A stretch of 57,131 bases of DNA from a virus (lineage: Duplodnaviria > Caudoviricetes): IMG/VR virus record IMGVR_UViG_3300002898_000197, positions 1 to 57,131 of that record; one strand, written 5' to 3'. The translations under genes and the position numbers were made by a program. Below the pieces are notes generated by a model. It had not been told where the DNA came from and did no database searches. It saw only the letters and a list, made by a program, of their open reading frames with translations. Positions 1-8,786 of the stretch are shown piece after piece (within the stretch, counting starts at the first letter, position 1; each line of letters opens with the position of its first letter).

Positions 1-123
1 TAAATTACAAGCTAGGCTAATACATAATGATTGTAGTCACTTTGAGGTTTGGTTGGACAAGTAGATAAATGTAGAATAACACAATAAAATTATGCTTTTA
101 TAGAAAGGGAGAAATATATACAT

Positions 124-867
124 ATGAAAAGTATAAAATTAATACATGGAGATTGTTTAGAGGCAATGAAAGATATACCTGATAAGAGTATAGATATGAT
201 ACTTTGTGATTTGCCTTATGGTCAGACAGCAAGAAATAAGTGGGATACAGTTATTCCCTTTAAACCATTATGGAATCAATATAAAAGAATTATAAAAGAC
301 AACGGAGCAATTATATTGTTTGCTAATGGAATGTTTGCTGCTGATTTAATGCACAGTAGTCCAAAGATGTGGCGATATAATCTAATTTGGGAAAAGACAA
401 CAGTAACTGGTTTCTTAAATGCAAACAGAATGCCATTAAGATGTCATGAAGATATATGTGTGTTTTATAAGAAGCTTCCTACATACAACCCACAGAAAAC
501 CACTGGGCATGTCAGAAAAGTTAGTGAAGCAAAACATAAGAAGGATTGTATCAACACTACAAATTATGGAGAACATGGGTTAACTACATATGATAGTACA
601 GAGCGTTATCCTAAAAGTATACTGCAGTTTGCAACTGATAAGCAAAAGTCAGCTCTGCACCCAACACAGAAACCAGTGGCTTTACTTGAATATTTAATTA
701 AAACATATTCAAATGAAGAAAATATAGTTTTAGATAACTGTATGGGTAGTGGTTCAACAGGTATTGCTTGTAAGAATTTAAATCGTAAATTTATTGGTAT
801 AGAATTAGATGAGAATTATTTCAATATTGCTAAAGACAGAATACATGGACACACAATAAAACAATGA
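124..867 (+). CDS. DNA methyltransferase, N4-cytosine/N6-adenine (beta class)
   Basis: DLPY catalytic motif near the N-terminus, HPTQKP, and DNCMGSGSTG SAM-binding motif near the C-terminus; RBS aaaggga. Confidence 0.93.
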   Translation: MKSIKLIHGDCLEAMKDIPDKSIDMILCDLPYGQTARNKWDTVIPFKPLWNQYKRIIKDNGAIILFANGMFAADLMHSSPKMWRYNLIWEKTTVTGFLNANRMPLRCHEDICVFYKKLPTYNPQKTTGHVRKVSEAKHKKDCINTTNYGEHGLTTYDSTERYPKSILQFATDKQKSALHPTQKPVALLEYLIKTYSNEENIVLDNCMGSGSTGIACKNLNRKFIGIELDENYFNIAKDRIHGHTIKQ

Positions 868-929
868 AAGATGTGTTTTATGGATATTGATACATAAACA
901 TTGATACATAAATAAGGAGGCGTTGTTGG

Positions 930-3629
930 TTGGCATTAAATAAACAAGTACATATATACGGAATTGCTACAGATGCGTTTTATAATGATGAAGAAATTAA
1001 AATTTATAGCCAGTTGCAAAAATATAGGCGTGAAAAACATGCATTAAAAAGAATATATGATGATGGGTATATAGATGATAGTGAGTATAAGCACATAGCT
1101 AACGTATTAAATATAACCATAAAAGTGATAAAAGATAGATTTAAAGAATTACTTTTAAGTAATGAAAAGGTAAGGGATTTAGATAGTAATCATATTAATG
1201 ATAAGAATGTTATATCAATCTTTGAGTCTACTCTTACTAGGGTTTTAGGTATGAAGACTAATGAGTTATCATTGAGCGTTATGGTGGTCGAGAGTTTTTA
1301 TTTTGAAATTCTTGAGCAAATAATCAAAAATGGATTTTATTATAACGGAGAAAAATATAGATACTACTCTTCGAGTGCTGGACAAATACGCACTAAAAAG
1401 GCAGTGTTCATTAAGGATAGTTTGTGGAGTAAGTATAGAAAAATACTAATGTGTGGCTTAACCATTGATAGGATAAACGACTTAGGCGGTATTAATGTTA
1501 ATAAATATTTAGCATACTTAGCCTTGACTAATAGTGCAACAGAGTTGTGGGAAGGTTTTGATATTGATAAGTGTATTGTGGTTAACGATTTTGAGACAAG
1601 TATTGATGGTGAAGTCGATTATATAGACGATGTTACATATAAGATTAAAAGACAGAAAATGAACGTGCCAGTAGAACATACTGATGGGTGTGGAATGATT
1701 TTGCCTTCAGTGAGTAAAAAGAATTTTATGGTTAGACTGCCTTGGGTAAAAGGTTTACTATCATCATTTGACTACTTGAAGTTCATTAAAGAACATAATT
1801 GTTCTTCTATCGTAAAGGATATTTATGGTAGAGAGTGGGATATAATCAAAGACGATATTCAAGTTATATTTACTAAGAGTCAATTTAAAATGCATAGATT
1901 TTATCAAAGTTGGGATGAGTATAAGAGTTTTTTTAAGCAGTATAATTGTCAAGCTGGTATTTGCAATATGGAAAAAGACTACATAGATGATTCGTGTGTT
2001 AGTTATCAAATGTTGCAGACACTAACTGACTATACTGAGGATGAGCTTAAAGCTATCACTGAGGAATCTAGGATAAAGATTAATAATATAGCAAGTGACA
2101 AAGAAGTTATGCTTGATGTTTTTGGTGTTAAAAAGGAGAAGAGATACAAAACATATCTTCAACAAGCTTTAGAGATTTACCCTGAAATATTGCAAGACGT
2201 ATATTGTAGGCGTACACTCAATGATATAAAGAGGAGTATGGTTAAAAGATACAGATCAGGGAAAATAGATATTGAGAGTAAATATACATTTATACTTCCA
2301 GACCTTTATGCTTTTTGTGAATACTTATTTTTAGACATTAAAAAACCAAAAGGGTTATTGGTAGATGGCGAGGTTTCTTGTCGATTGTTTGATAGTGGAG
2401 TTAAGTTAGATTGTTTGAGAAGTCCACATTTAATGGCTGAACACGCAGTTAGAAAGAATATTGTGCACAAAGATATGAAGAAGTGGTTTGACACTGATGG
2501 ATTATATACTAGTACACATGATTTAATATCTAAGGTGCTGATGTTTGACAATGATGGCGACACGTCTCTTGTTGTAGCAGATAGTACATTTGTTAAAATG
2601 GCAGAAAGAAATATGGAGAATTATGATAATGTACCTTTGTATTACGATATGAAGAATGCGCATGATGTAATTTTAGACAACAATACAATATGGGAAGGAT
2701 TAAATAACGCTTTTACAGGTGGCAATATTGGTGTTTATAGTAATGATATTTCTAAGATATGGAATAGTGGTGTGTTTACTAGTGGTAGTGAGAAAAAACA
2801 AAGCGAAGCCCTTAATGTGATTAAGTTGCTTTGCATGGAAAATAATTTTGTCATAGATTTCGCAAAAACACTATATCAACCAGAACGACCAAAGGACATT
2901 AATAGAATAATTAAAAAATATACCAACAATAAGCTGCCATACTTTTTCAGATTTGCAAAAGATAAGACCAAGAATCAGGTTGTGGATATAACCAAAGAAG
3001 AGTATATAGACACAGATACAAGTATAGTAAATAGATTAAGAAAACTATTTGTGAATCGCAGATTAAAATTTACTATCGAGAATTTTGGAAGATTTAATTA
3101 TAAGAATTTAATGCACAATAAAGATATTCTAGTAGATATGGAAGTGATAGAAAAGTTTGATGAGCTAAATACAATGTATCACTTTAAAATAAATCAAAAG
3201 AACAAGAGTAATGTTAACTACATAATGAAACTTGTGAATGATGAGATAATGACATTGGGATATGATAGGTCTGATATAGTTGACATGTTAGTCGCTTATC
3301 AGTTCAAATTAACAGATAGTGAACACAAAAATGTGTTGTGGAGTTGCTTTGGAGATGTTATAGTGGAAAATTTAAGAAACAATATATCTGAAGATAGTAT
3401 ACAGTGTAGAGATTGTGGTAATAGATTTATACCTAATTATCATAATGAGAAGTTATGTAATAAATGTGCGACCTATCAACCAATAGAAAATAAAACTATT
3501 GCGTGTATTGATTGTGGTAAAGAGGTTTTGGTGGATGCTAGAAACATGACTAAGGTTAGATGTGATGGTTGTCAGAAAGAACATAGAAAGGCTTGGGATA
3601 GAGAAAGAAAGAGAAAATCAAAGGATTAA
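930..3629 (+). CDS. yonO: YonO-like single-subunit DNA-dependent RNA polymerase with C-terminal Zn ribbons
   Basis: 899 aa; catalytic FDNDGD motif, TDGCG, RLPWVKG and LRSPH motifs of the RdRP-like/YonO family; four CxxC pairs at the C-terminus; lies upstream of the late genes as in SPbeta; TTG start with RBS aaggagg. Confidence 0.9.
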   Translation: MALNKQVHIYGIATDAFYNDEEIKIYSQLQKYRREKHALKRIYDDGYIDDSEYKHIANVLNITIKVIKDRFKELLLSNEKVRDLDSNHINDKNVISIFESTLTRVLGMKTNELSLSVMVVESFYFEILEQIIKNGFYYNGEKYRYYSSSAGQIRTKKAVFIKDSLWSKYRKILMCGLTIDRINDLGGINVNKYLAYLALTNSATELWEGFDIDKCIVVNDFETSIDGEVDYIDDVTYKIKRQKMNVPVEHTDGCGMILPSVSKKNFMVRLPWVKGLLSSFDYLKFIKEHNCSSIVKDIYGREWDIIKDDIQVIFTKSQFKMHRFYQSWDEYKSFFKQYNCQAGICNMEKDYIDDSCVSYQMLQTLTDYTEDELKAITEESRIKINNIASDKEVMLDVFGVKKEKRYKTYLQQALEIYPEILQDVYCRRTLNDIKRSMVKRYRSGKIDIESKYTFILPDLYAFCEYLFLDIKKPKGLLVDGEVSCRLFDSGVKLDCLRSPHLMAEHAVRKNIVHKDMKKWFDTDGLYTSTHDLISKVLMFDNDGDTSLVVADSTFVKMAERNMENYDNVPLYYDMKNAHDVILDNNTIWEGLNNAFTGGNIGVYSNDISKIWNSGVFTSGSEKKQSEALNVIKLLCMENNFVIDFAKTLYQPERPKDINRIIKKYTNNKLPYFFRFAKDKTKNQVVDITKEEYIDTDTSIVNRLRKLFVNRRLKFTIENFGRFNYKNLMHNKDILVDMEVIEKFDELNTMYHFKINQKNKSNVNYIMKLVNDEIMTLGYDRSDIVDMLVAYQFKLTDSEHKNVLWSCFGDVIVENLRNNISEDSIQCRDCGNRFIPNYHNEKLCNKCATYQPIENKTIACIDCGKEVLVDARNMTKVRCDGCQKEHRKAWDRERKRKSKD

Positions 3630-3874
3630 TTCCACTTTTGTTTTTAAAAGTTAAAATCGCTGTAAGCCTTGGTTTATAAGGGCTTAAGTGGGTTTGTTGT
3701 AAAGTTAAAAATCTACAAAAGCGTTACAAACCTAGTACCTATAAGGGTTACAGCCATTTTTTCTTGTCCCTCTATAATGGAGAAAGAACCCTTTATTCAT
3801 AGGGTTTATAACAATACAATAAAACAGCTATTTTATAGTTAAAAATAAATTAAAACTCAAAGGAGAGATGTTTA

Positions 3875-4498
3875 ATGATTTTAAAAGAGGCGTTTAGATA
3901 TCAAAACTATTTAAGCAGACTAATAGGTGAAGCAATTGATTATTTAACTACAACTAGTAATGTCATAATTACAAAACAGGAACACTTAAAATCTAAAAGT
4001 AATGCAGATGCAGAGGACGAAGTTGTTATAGCTGATAAGTATTCAGATATAGAGTATAAGCCTAACCAAGTCATAGACTTCTTGTTGGATGTATTAAACG
4101 AAAAAGAAAAGCTAAGCGATGCAATCAATAAGGCAAAGCTAAATACAGAAATAAATATAGATAGTTCTATTGCTATCAACAAGGAAAAACAACGCATAAC
4201 ATCTATATTCGACAGATTATCTAAAACTAAATCTGGAGAAAAAATTAGAAATGATAGTGATTATAAATTTAACGCTGAGGGAAATCAAGTTTCTTACTAT
4301 TATGAGGTTAAGGAAACTACTACAATAGATTTTGATAGGAATAAAGTCAAAGGCATTGTAAAAAGGTTGCGTAGGGAGTCTGATAATACCTCAAATGAAT
4401 TAGATAGGGTGCAGGTAACATTGGATGTGGACTACTCTCCTACTTACGAAATTAATGATGATTTTGAAGACTCGTTAGAGATATTTGTTAATAAATAA
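3875..4498 (+). CDS. coiled-coil protein, distant DIP1984-family-like; candidate partner of the downstream ncRNA
   Basis: Strong RBS aaggag; M.L.EA N-terminus, heptad helices and TIDFD..K..VK.L C-terminal pattern resemble DIP1984-type proteins (recognised by eye). Confidence 0.55.
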   Translation: MILKEAFRYQNYLSRLIGEAIDYLTTTSNVIITKQEHLKSKSNADAEDEVVIADKYSDIEYKPNQVIDFLLDVLNEKEKLSDAINKAKLNTEINIDSSIAINKEKQRITSIFDRLSKTKSGEKIRNDSDYKFNAEGNQVSYYYEVKETTTIDFDRNKVKGIVKRLRRESDNTSNELDRVQVTLDVDYSPTYEINDDFEDSLEIFVNK

Positions 4499-4513
4499 AT
4501 TTAATAAATAAAA

Positions 4514-4952
4514 ATTCAGCCATCATGTAGAGAACTAAAGTTGATTGACTAGCCATCAATCGCTTCTAGTGTAAGTGAAGTGTGACTCACACAGCGAATA
4601 CTGCTAGAGTGTATTATATTATTTAAAATCTTCATATCTTATTGATATGTTAGATATAAATAGATTACATATAAAACAATTATGCCAATGTGCAAACTCA
4701 AGTAGGTTGCTATATGTAATTCGTTTCTATATCCGACATTTCATTAACCACATTAATTATGTAAATTTGCCAATTTGATAATTCGAAAATACAATATCCG
4801 TTTTGCTATTAGATATGTGTTCTGCGAGAACACCTGTTGATGATATAAAGTTACGGCTTTATATATCCAAGGAAAAAGAATCTTAATTTTTATTTGAAAT
4901 AAATTGGTTGTGGCTAAGATTGATATTTTAGTTTTCTATATGATGGCTGAAT
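4514..4952 (+). ncRNA. large structured ncRNA (~440 nt), family unassigned
   Basis: 26-bp terminal stem 4514-4539/4927-4952 whose only two non-Watson-Crick positions are G:U on the + strand; internal long stem 4643-4743; hairpins 4817-4833 and 4843-4864 (UACG loop); no ORF of 60 aa or more. Confidence 0.75.
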
Positions 4953-5004
4953 AATTGATGTATTAATCAAATAATTGCGGTGGTAATTCTTCGGAATCCA
5001 TCTG

Positions 5005-5033
5005 AGGTGAGTTGTTGCGACGGCTCACCTTTT
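5005..5033 (+). terminator. intrinsic terminator-like hairpin
   Basis: AGGTGAGTTGT-tgcg-ACGGCTCACCT followed by TTT. Confidence 0.6.
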
Positions 5034-5120
5034 AAACAACAAAGTTAATTATAAGGTAGTATGCCTTTTGTAGAGGTGGTTGGTGTATTTGACTAATAAT
5101 GCACCTTCCACTTAATTTAT

Positions 5121-5191
5121 GCTTTCATAGTTTAATGGTAAAACAATTGACTTGTAATCAATAGATCACAGTTCAACTCTGTGTGAAAGCT
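5121..5191 (+). tRNA. tRNA-Thr(UGU), CCA not encoded
   Basis: Acceptor GCTTTCA/TGAAAGC, D arm GTTT/AAAC, anticodon arm ATTGA-cttgtaa-TCAAT, T arm CACAG-ttcaact-CTGTG. Confidence 0.93.
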
Positions 5192-5234
5192 TAATAGCCA
5201 GATGAAAGATGATTATTAAAAGTGTGTGGTGAAT

Positions 5235-5395
5235 ATCAGTGCTCACAAACAAACTCCCATTTTTCAAGTCTAAAACGCTTGTAAGCATGGACATGCACTG
5301 ATTTATGTAGGGCTTCAACTACTACTCTCTCACCTTTGAGGGAGCTTTTGTTATGGGAATTGTAGACTTGGATGGTGCAACTCCATCATTTCCCA
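5235..5395 (+). ncRNA. putative pseudoknotted small RNA ending in a T-arm-like hairpin
   Basis: Crossing helices ATCAGTGC(5235-42)/GCACTGAT(5295-5302) and CAAGTCTA(5265-72)/TAGACTTG(5363-70); hairpin 5325-5344; GATGG-tgcaact-CCATC at 5371-5387. Confidence 0.5.
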
Positions 5396-5459
5396 CTCTT
5401 CCATTATACAATGGAATGTATAATTATACACAAATATACACAGAAAGAAGTGATAGAAT

Positions 5460-5615
5460 ATTAACGATTTTAACGATTTAGAAAAAATGCTTAGAAAATG
5501 CGATAAGGTTTTTAAGGATAAAAGTAATCAACTTAAAAATAGATATAATCGCAAGTTAAAAATTAGAACCCAAAAGCGTATTGAAGAAACAAAGCCTGAA
5601 AATGACGATTTTTAA
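5460..5615 (+). CDS. small basic hypothetical protein (ATT start, or ATG at 5487)
   Basis: 52-codon open frame filling the gap before phoH; weak RBS. Confidence 0.4.
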   Translation: MNDFNDLEKMLRKCDKVFKDKSNQLKNRYNRKLKIRTQKRIEETKPENDDF

Positions 5616-5647
5616 AAACTAAAAAACTGGAGAAAGTTGGTGGTTTA

Positions 5648-6886
5648 GTGTCAATAAAATTTTACGACACTTGTGCTGTATTGGAGTTAGGAAATAAAAT
5701 ATTTGAAGAACCTTTCGTTATTTGTTCTAAGACTATTGAAGAGTTGGAAAATATAAAAACAAATGCAAGAAAAGACGAAAGCATCAAGTATAAAGCTAGA
5801 AATATAATTAGGTTATTGACAAAAAATGAAGATAAATATGAGGTGGTTATTTATAATTGTGAGATATATGATCTACTTAAATATGGCTTTAATTTAGATG
5901 TCATACCAGATAATATTATTATGGCTTGTGCTTATCAATATAGCGAAAAACATAAAGATATTATATTTTGCACTAGAGATTTGGCATGTAGGTTAGCTGC
6001 AAAAAATATATTTAGTCTTAATGTTGATAGTATTGATGATAACAATGAAGAAGAATATAAAGGCTTTAAGGAAATAGTTATTTCAGATGATACTGAGATG
6101 GCTTATTTTTATGAGCATTTAAATGAAAATATATATAATTTATTAGTTAATGAATATTTGATTATTAAAAATATAGATTGTGAAGTTGTGGACTGTTATC
6201 GTTGGGACGGTGACATACATCTTGCGTTGTATAAAAAAGGAGTTAAATCCTTATCTTTTGGTGATAAATTAAAGCCCAAGGACATTTATCAGTCAATGGC
6301 TATTGATTCTCTTATGCAAAATACTATAACCATTATTTCAGGAAAAGCAGGAAGTGGGAAGTCGTTACTATCATTGATGGCTGCAATGCATTTAATAGAG
6401 AATGGTAAATATGATAGATTGGTTGTAATGTTTAATCCACTAAAAACCTTTGGTGCTAAGGATATGGGATTTTATGGTGGTGATTTTTTAGAAAAAGCAA
6501 TGCAAAACTTTATAGGGCAAGTACTAATTACTAAATTTGGTGATAGATATGCAGTTGACATGTTGATCCAACAAGAAAAAATTAAGTTGGTGAGCATGGC
6601 TGATGCGCGTGGAATGGAAATAAGAGACAATGAGATTTTGTGGATAACCGAAGGACAAAACACTAATATTGAATTATTAAAACTTTGTTTATCTCGTGCT
6701 TCTGCTGGCTGTAAAATATTTTTGGAGGGCGATTATACAAGTCAAGTAGATTCTCGGTCTTTTGATGGTGATAATAATGGTATGAGACGTGCCATAGATG
6801 TTTTAAAGGGTGAGGATATTTTCGGACATATTCAACTAAAGAACGTATGGAGAAGTAAAATAGCAGATTTAATTAATAAGATGTAA
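5648..6886 (+). CDS. phoH: PhoH-family ATPase with N-terminal PIN domain
   Basis: PIN motifs (FYDT, EELE, PDNII, TRD); Walker A GKAGSGKS; RGMEI, EGQN and GDYTSQVD PhoH motifs. Confidence 0.9.
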   Translation: MSIKFYDTCAVLELGNKIFEEPFVICSKTIEELENIKTNARKDESIKYKARNIIRLLTKNEDKYEVVIYNCEIYDLLKYGFNLDVIPDNIIMACAYQYSEKHKDIIFCTRDLACRLAAKNIFSLNVDSIDDNNEEEYKGFKEIVISDDTEMAYFYEHLNENIYNLLVNEYLIIKNIDCEVVDCYRWDGDIHLALYKKGVKSLSFGDKLKPKDIYQSMAIDSLMQNTITIISGKAGSGKSLLSLMAAMHLIENGKYDRLVVMFNPLKTFGAKDMGFYGGDFLEKAMQNFIGQVLITKFGDRYAVDMLIQQEKIKLVSMADARGMEIRDNEILWITEGQNTNIELLKLCLSRASAGCKIFLEGDYTSQVDSRSFDGDNNGMRRAIDVLKGEDIFGHIQLKNVWRSKIADLINKM

Positions 6887-6916
6887 AAATATTAAGAAAT
6901 TGGAGGTACTCTCCTA

Positions 6917-7180
6917 TTGAAAAAAGATAGAGGTAATAACCTTTTATTTGGAATAATAATAGGTCTTGCATTTATTCCTATTGCTAATAATGTTGTTGAT
7001 ATTATTATAAATAGTATGGATATTATTAGGTGCAAAGTTAATCAGAAAATTATAAAAGAAAATAAGATTACTGAGGATCTACAAGCTGAACAAGAACAAG
7101 AAATAGACACACAGTGTCTAGGTTTCGATTTATCACCACAAGAAGAATATTATGAGGATGATGAATATTTTGAAGATTAA
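6917..7180 (+). CDS. hypothetical membrane-anchored protein
   Basis: RBS ggagg, N-terminal hydrophobic segment, acidic tail. Confidence 0.7.
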   Translation: MKKDRGNNLLFGIIIGLAFIPIANNVVDIIINSMDIIRCKVNQKIIKENKITEDLQAEQEQEIDTQCLGFDLSPQEEYYEDDEYFED

Positions 7181-7229
7181 TTAATTTTATTTTTTTTAAT
7201 ACTAAAAATACTTATACTGCACCAATATA

Positions 7230-7258
7230 ACATTACCACAAAATAGCCAATAAGTAAA
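7230..7258 (-). promoter_or_regulatory. sigmaA-like promoter antisense to the phoH operon
   Basis: TTTACT-17 bp-TAATGT with extended TG on the - strand. Confidence 0.45.
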
Positions 7259-7299
7259 TGGTGAATATAGACAAAAATATAAAGGAGAATTTGTGAAAT

Positions 7300-7494
7300 A
7301 TGGCAAAAAACAATTTATCGTATAAAAGAATTATAACAACTAAATTACAGGCGGCTGGGTTTTTAGATACAGACAATAACACTATTGAAATTGATGGTGT
7401 GGACAAAAACTTATCTGAGTTATTAAAAGATTTTAATGGTGCTGAAATTATTATTGCTGTTAGTGTAAAAGAAGAAGAAGATCTAAAGGATTAA
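7300..7494 (+). CDS. YonK-like protein
   Basis: 64 aa, G.LD...IE...LSELLKDFNG..I.I.V pattern; synteny before the phosphoesterase as in SPbeta. Confidence 0.7.
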   Translation: MAKNNLSYKRIITTKLQAAGFLDTDNNTIEIDGVDKNLSELLKDFNGAEIIIAVSVKEEEDLKD

Positions 7495-7527
7495 TATTAA
7501 TTATAATGATGAAAGGAATGATGATAT

Positions 7528-8739
7528 ATTTATAATTTTGAAAAAGAAATTGAAAAGTATGGTCTGACTGTTGAAGAGTATGAGGATTGCTTAAAAGCAA
7601 TTTCGGATAAACAACTGGGTATAAATGATCTAGATTGGCAAGAAATTAAGACTAGATATAATATTGATGCACATTATGACACTATACGTAAAGCATCTCA
7701 GACAATTTTCGGTGGAAGTTTTGTATTGGATTATTTTAAATCAAAAAATGCCAACCGTAATAATGATGATATTTATATTAAAGAAATTGCAGTTCAAAAA
7801 CAAGAATTATATAAAGAGCGTCAAAAGTTACTAGATGAAAAAACTGATATGCGTAAATTACTACGAGATGATGCAAGGTTAGAACATAGAATAGATATTT
7901 TAGAAACAGAATTAAAAAAGCAAGGATTGCGTAAATTTGAGCCACATTACTCTTCTATTAATCAATCTGACAATGACTTAGTTGTTATGTTGAGTGATTT
8001 ACATATTGGTGCTGAATATTACTCTTTTACAGGTACATACAATTCCAATATTGCTAAAGAGCGATTAGAAGAATACTTAGGCAGTATTATTGAAATAAAA
8101 GAACTTCATGGTTCTGAAAATTGCTTTATAACTATACTAGGTGACAGCATTTCAGGCACAATACACAAGTCTATTGCTGTTGCTAACAGAGAAAATGTTA
8201 TTGAACAGACTAAGCTTGTATCTGAGTTAATATGCAATTTTGTATTTGAATTAAGCAAGCATTTTAATCAAGTTTATGTAAATGCAGTAAGTGGTAATCA
8301 TTCTAGGCTTGAAAGAAAAGAAGATGCTGTAAAAGATGAAAGACTTGATTCAATTACACCTTGGTTTATAAAGAATAAGCTAGACCATGTAAAAAACGTT
8401 TATGTTGAGTTGGATGAGCTAGATTCTACTATTGCTACTATGTCAGTTAGAGATAACATATATTTGAGTCTGCATGGCGACTATGACGCTTTTAATGATG
8501 GTGCTGTTGCAAAATTGGTGCTATGGTTAGGGTTTAGACCAAATGTGATAATGTTTGGGCACAAACACCATCCTGCCATGAGTGAAGTGGCTGGAATTAC
8601 AACTGTTCAATGTGGGAGTTTGGCTGGTAGCGGCGATGATTATACAATACAAAAGAGATTAAAGGGAAATGCAAGTCAGACTATACTAGTTTGTGATACT
8701 GGTGGAGTTAGAGCTTGTTACCCTATTAAATTTGATTAA
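7528..8739 (+). CDS. metallophosphoesterase (YonJ-like); true start probably ATT at 7528
   Basis: SDLHIG, LGD, GNH, HGD, GHKH calcineurin-like motifs; frame open 66 codons upstream of the track start, RBS aaagga at 7512-7517. Confidence 0.85.
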   Translation: MYNFEKEIEKYGLTVEEYEDCLKAISDKQLGINDLDWQEIKTRYNIDAHYDTIRKASQTIFGGSFVLDYFKSKNANRNNDDIYIKEIAVQKQELYKERQKLLDEKTDMRKLLRDDARLEHRIDILETELKKQGLRKFEPHYSSINQSDNDLVVMLSDLHIGAEYYSFTGTYNSNIAKERLEEYLGSIIEIKELHGSENCFITILGDSISGTIHKSIAVANRENVIEQTKLVSELICNFVFELSKHFNQVYVNAVSGNHSRLERKEDAVKDERLDSITPWFIKNKLDHVKNVYVELDELDSTIATMSVRDNIYLSLHGDYDAFNDGAVAKLVLWLGFRPNVIMFGHKHHPAMSEVAGITTVQCGSLAGSGDDYTIQKRLKGNASQTILVCDTGGVRACYPIKFD

Positions 8740-8786
8740 TTAAAATAAAAAAAAGATTAAAAGGAAGAAATGGAGAGATTAAATTA

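Noticed and set aside
4514-4952. Retron msr-msd (a1/a2-like long terminal repeat)
   Set aside because: No reverse transcriptase in the window; the adjacent protein has no YxDD motif
4514-4952. MITE or transposon with 26-bp terminal inverted repeats
   Set aside because: Mismatches are strand-specific G:U pairs, internal structure is extensive, and I saw no target duplication or second copy
5235-5395. tmRNA, second tRNA or HDV-like/theta ribozyme
   Set aside because: No separate 5' acceptor strand or tag frame, no D or anticodon arms, and no recognisable P3/L3/P1.1 core
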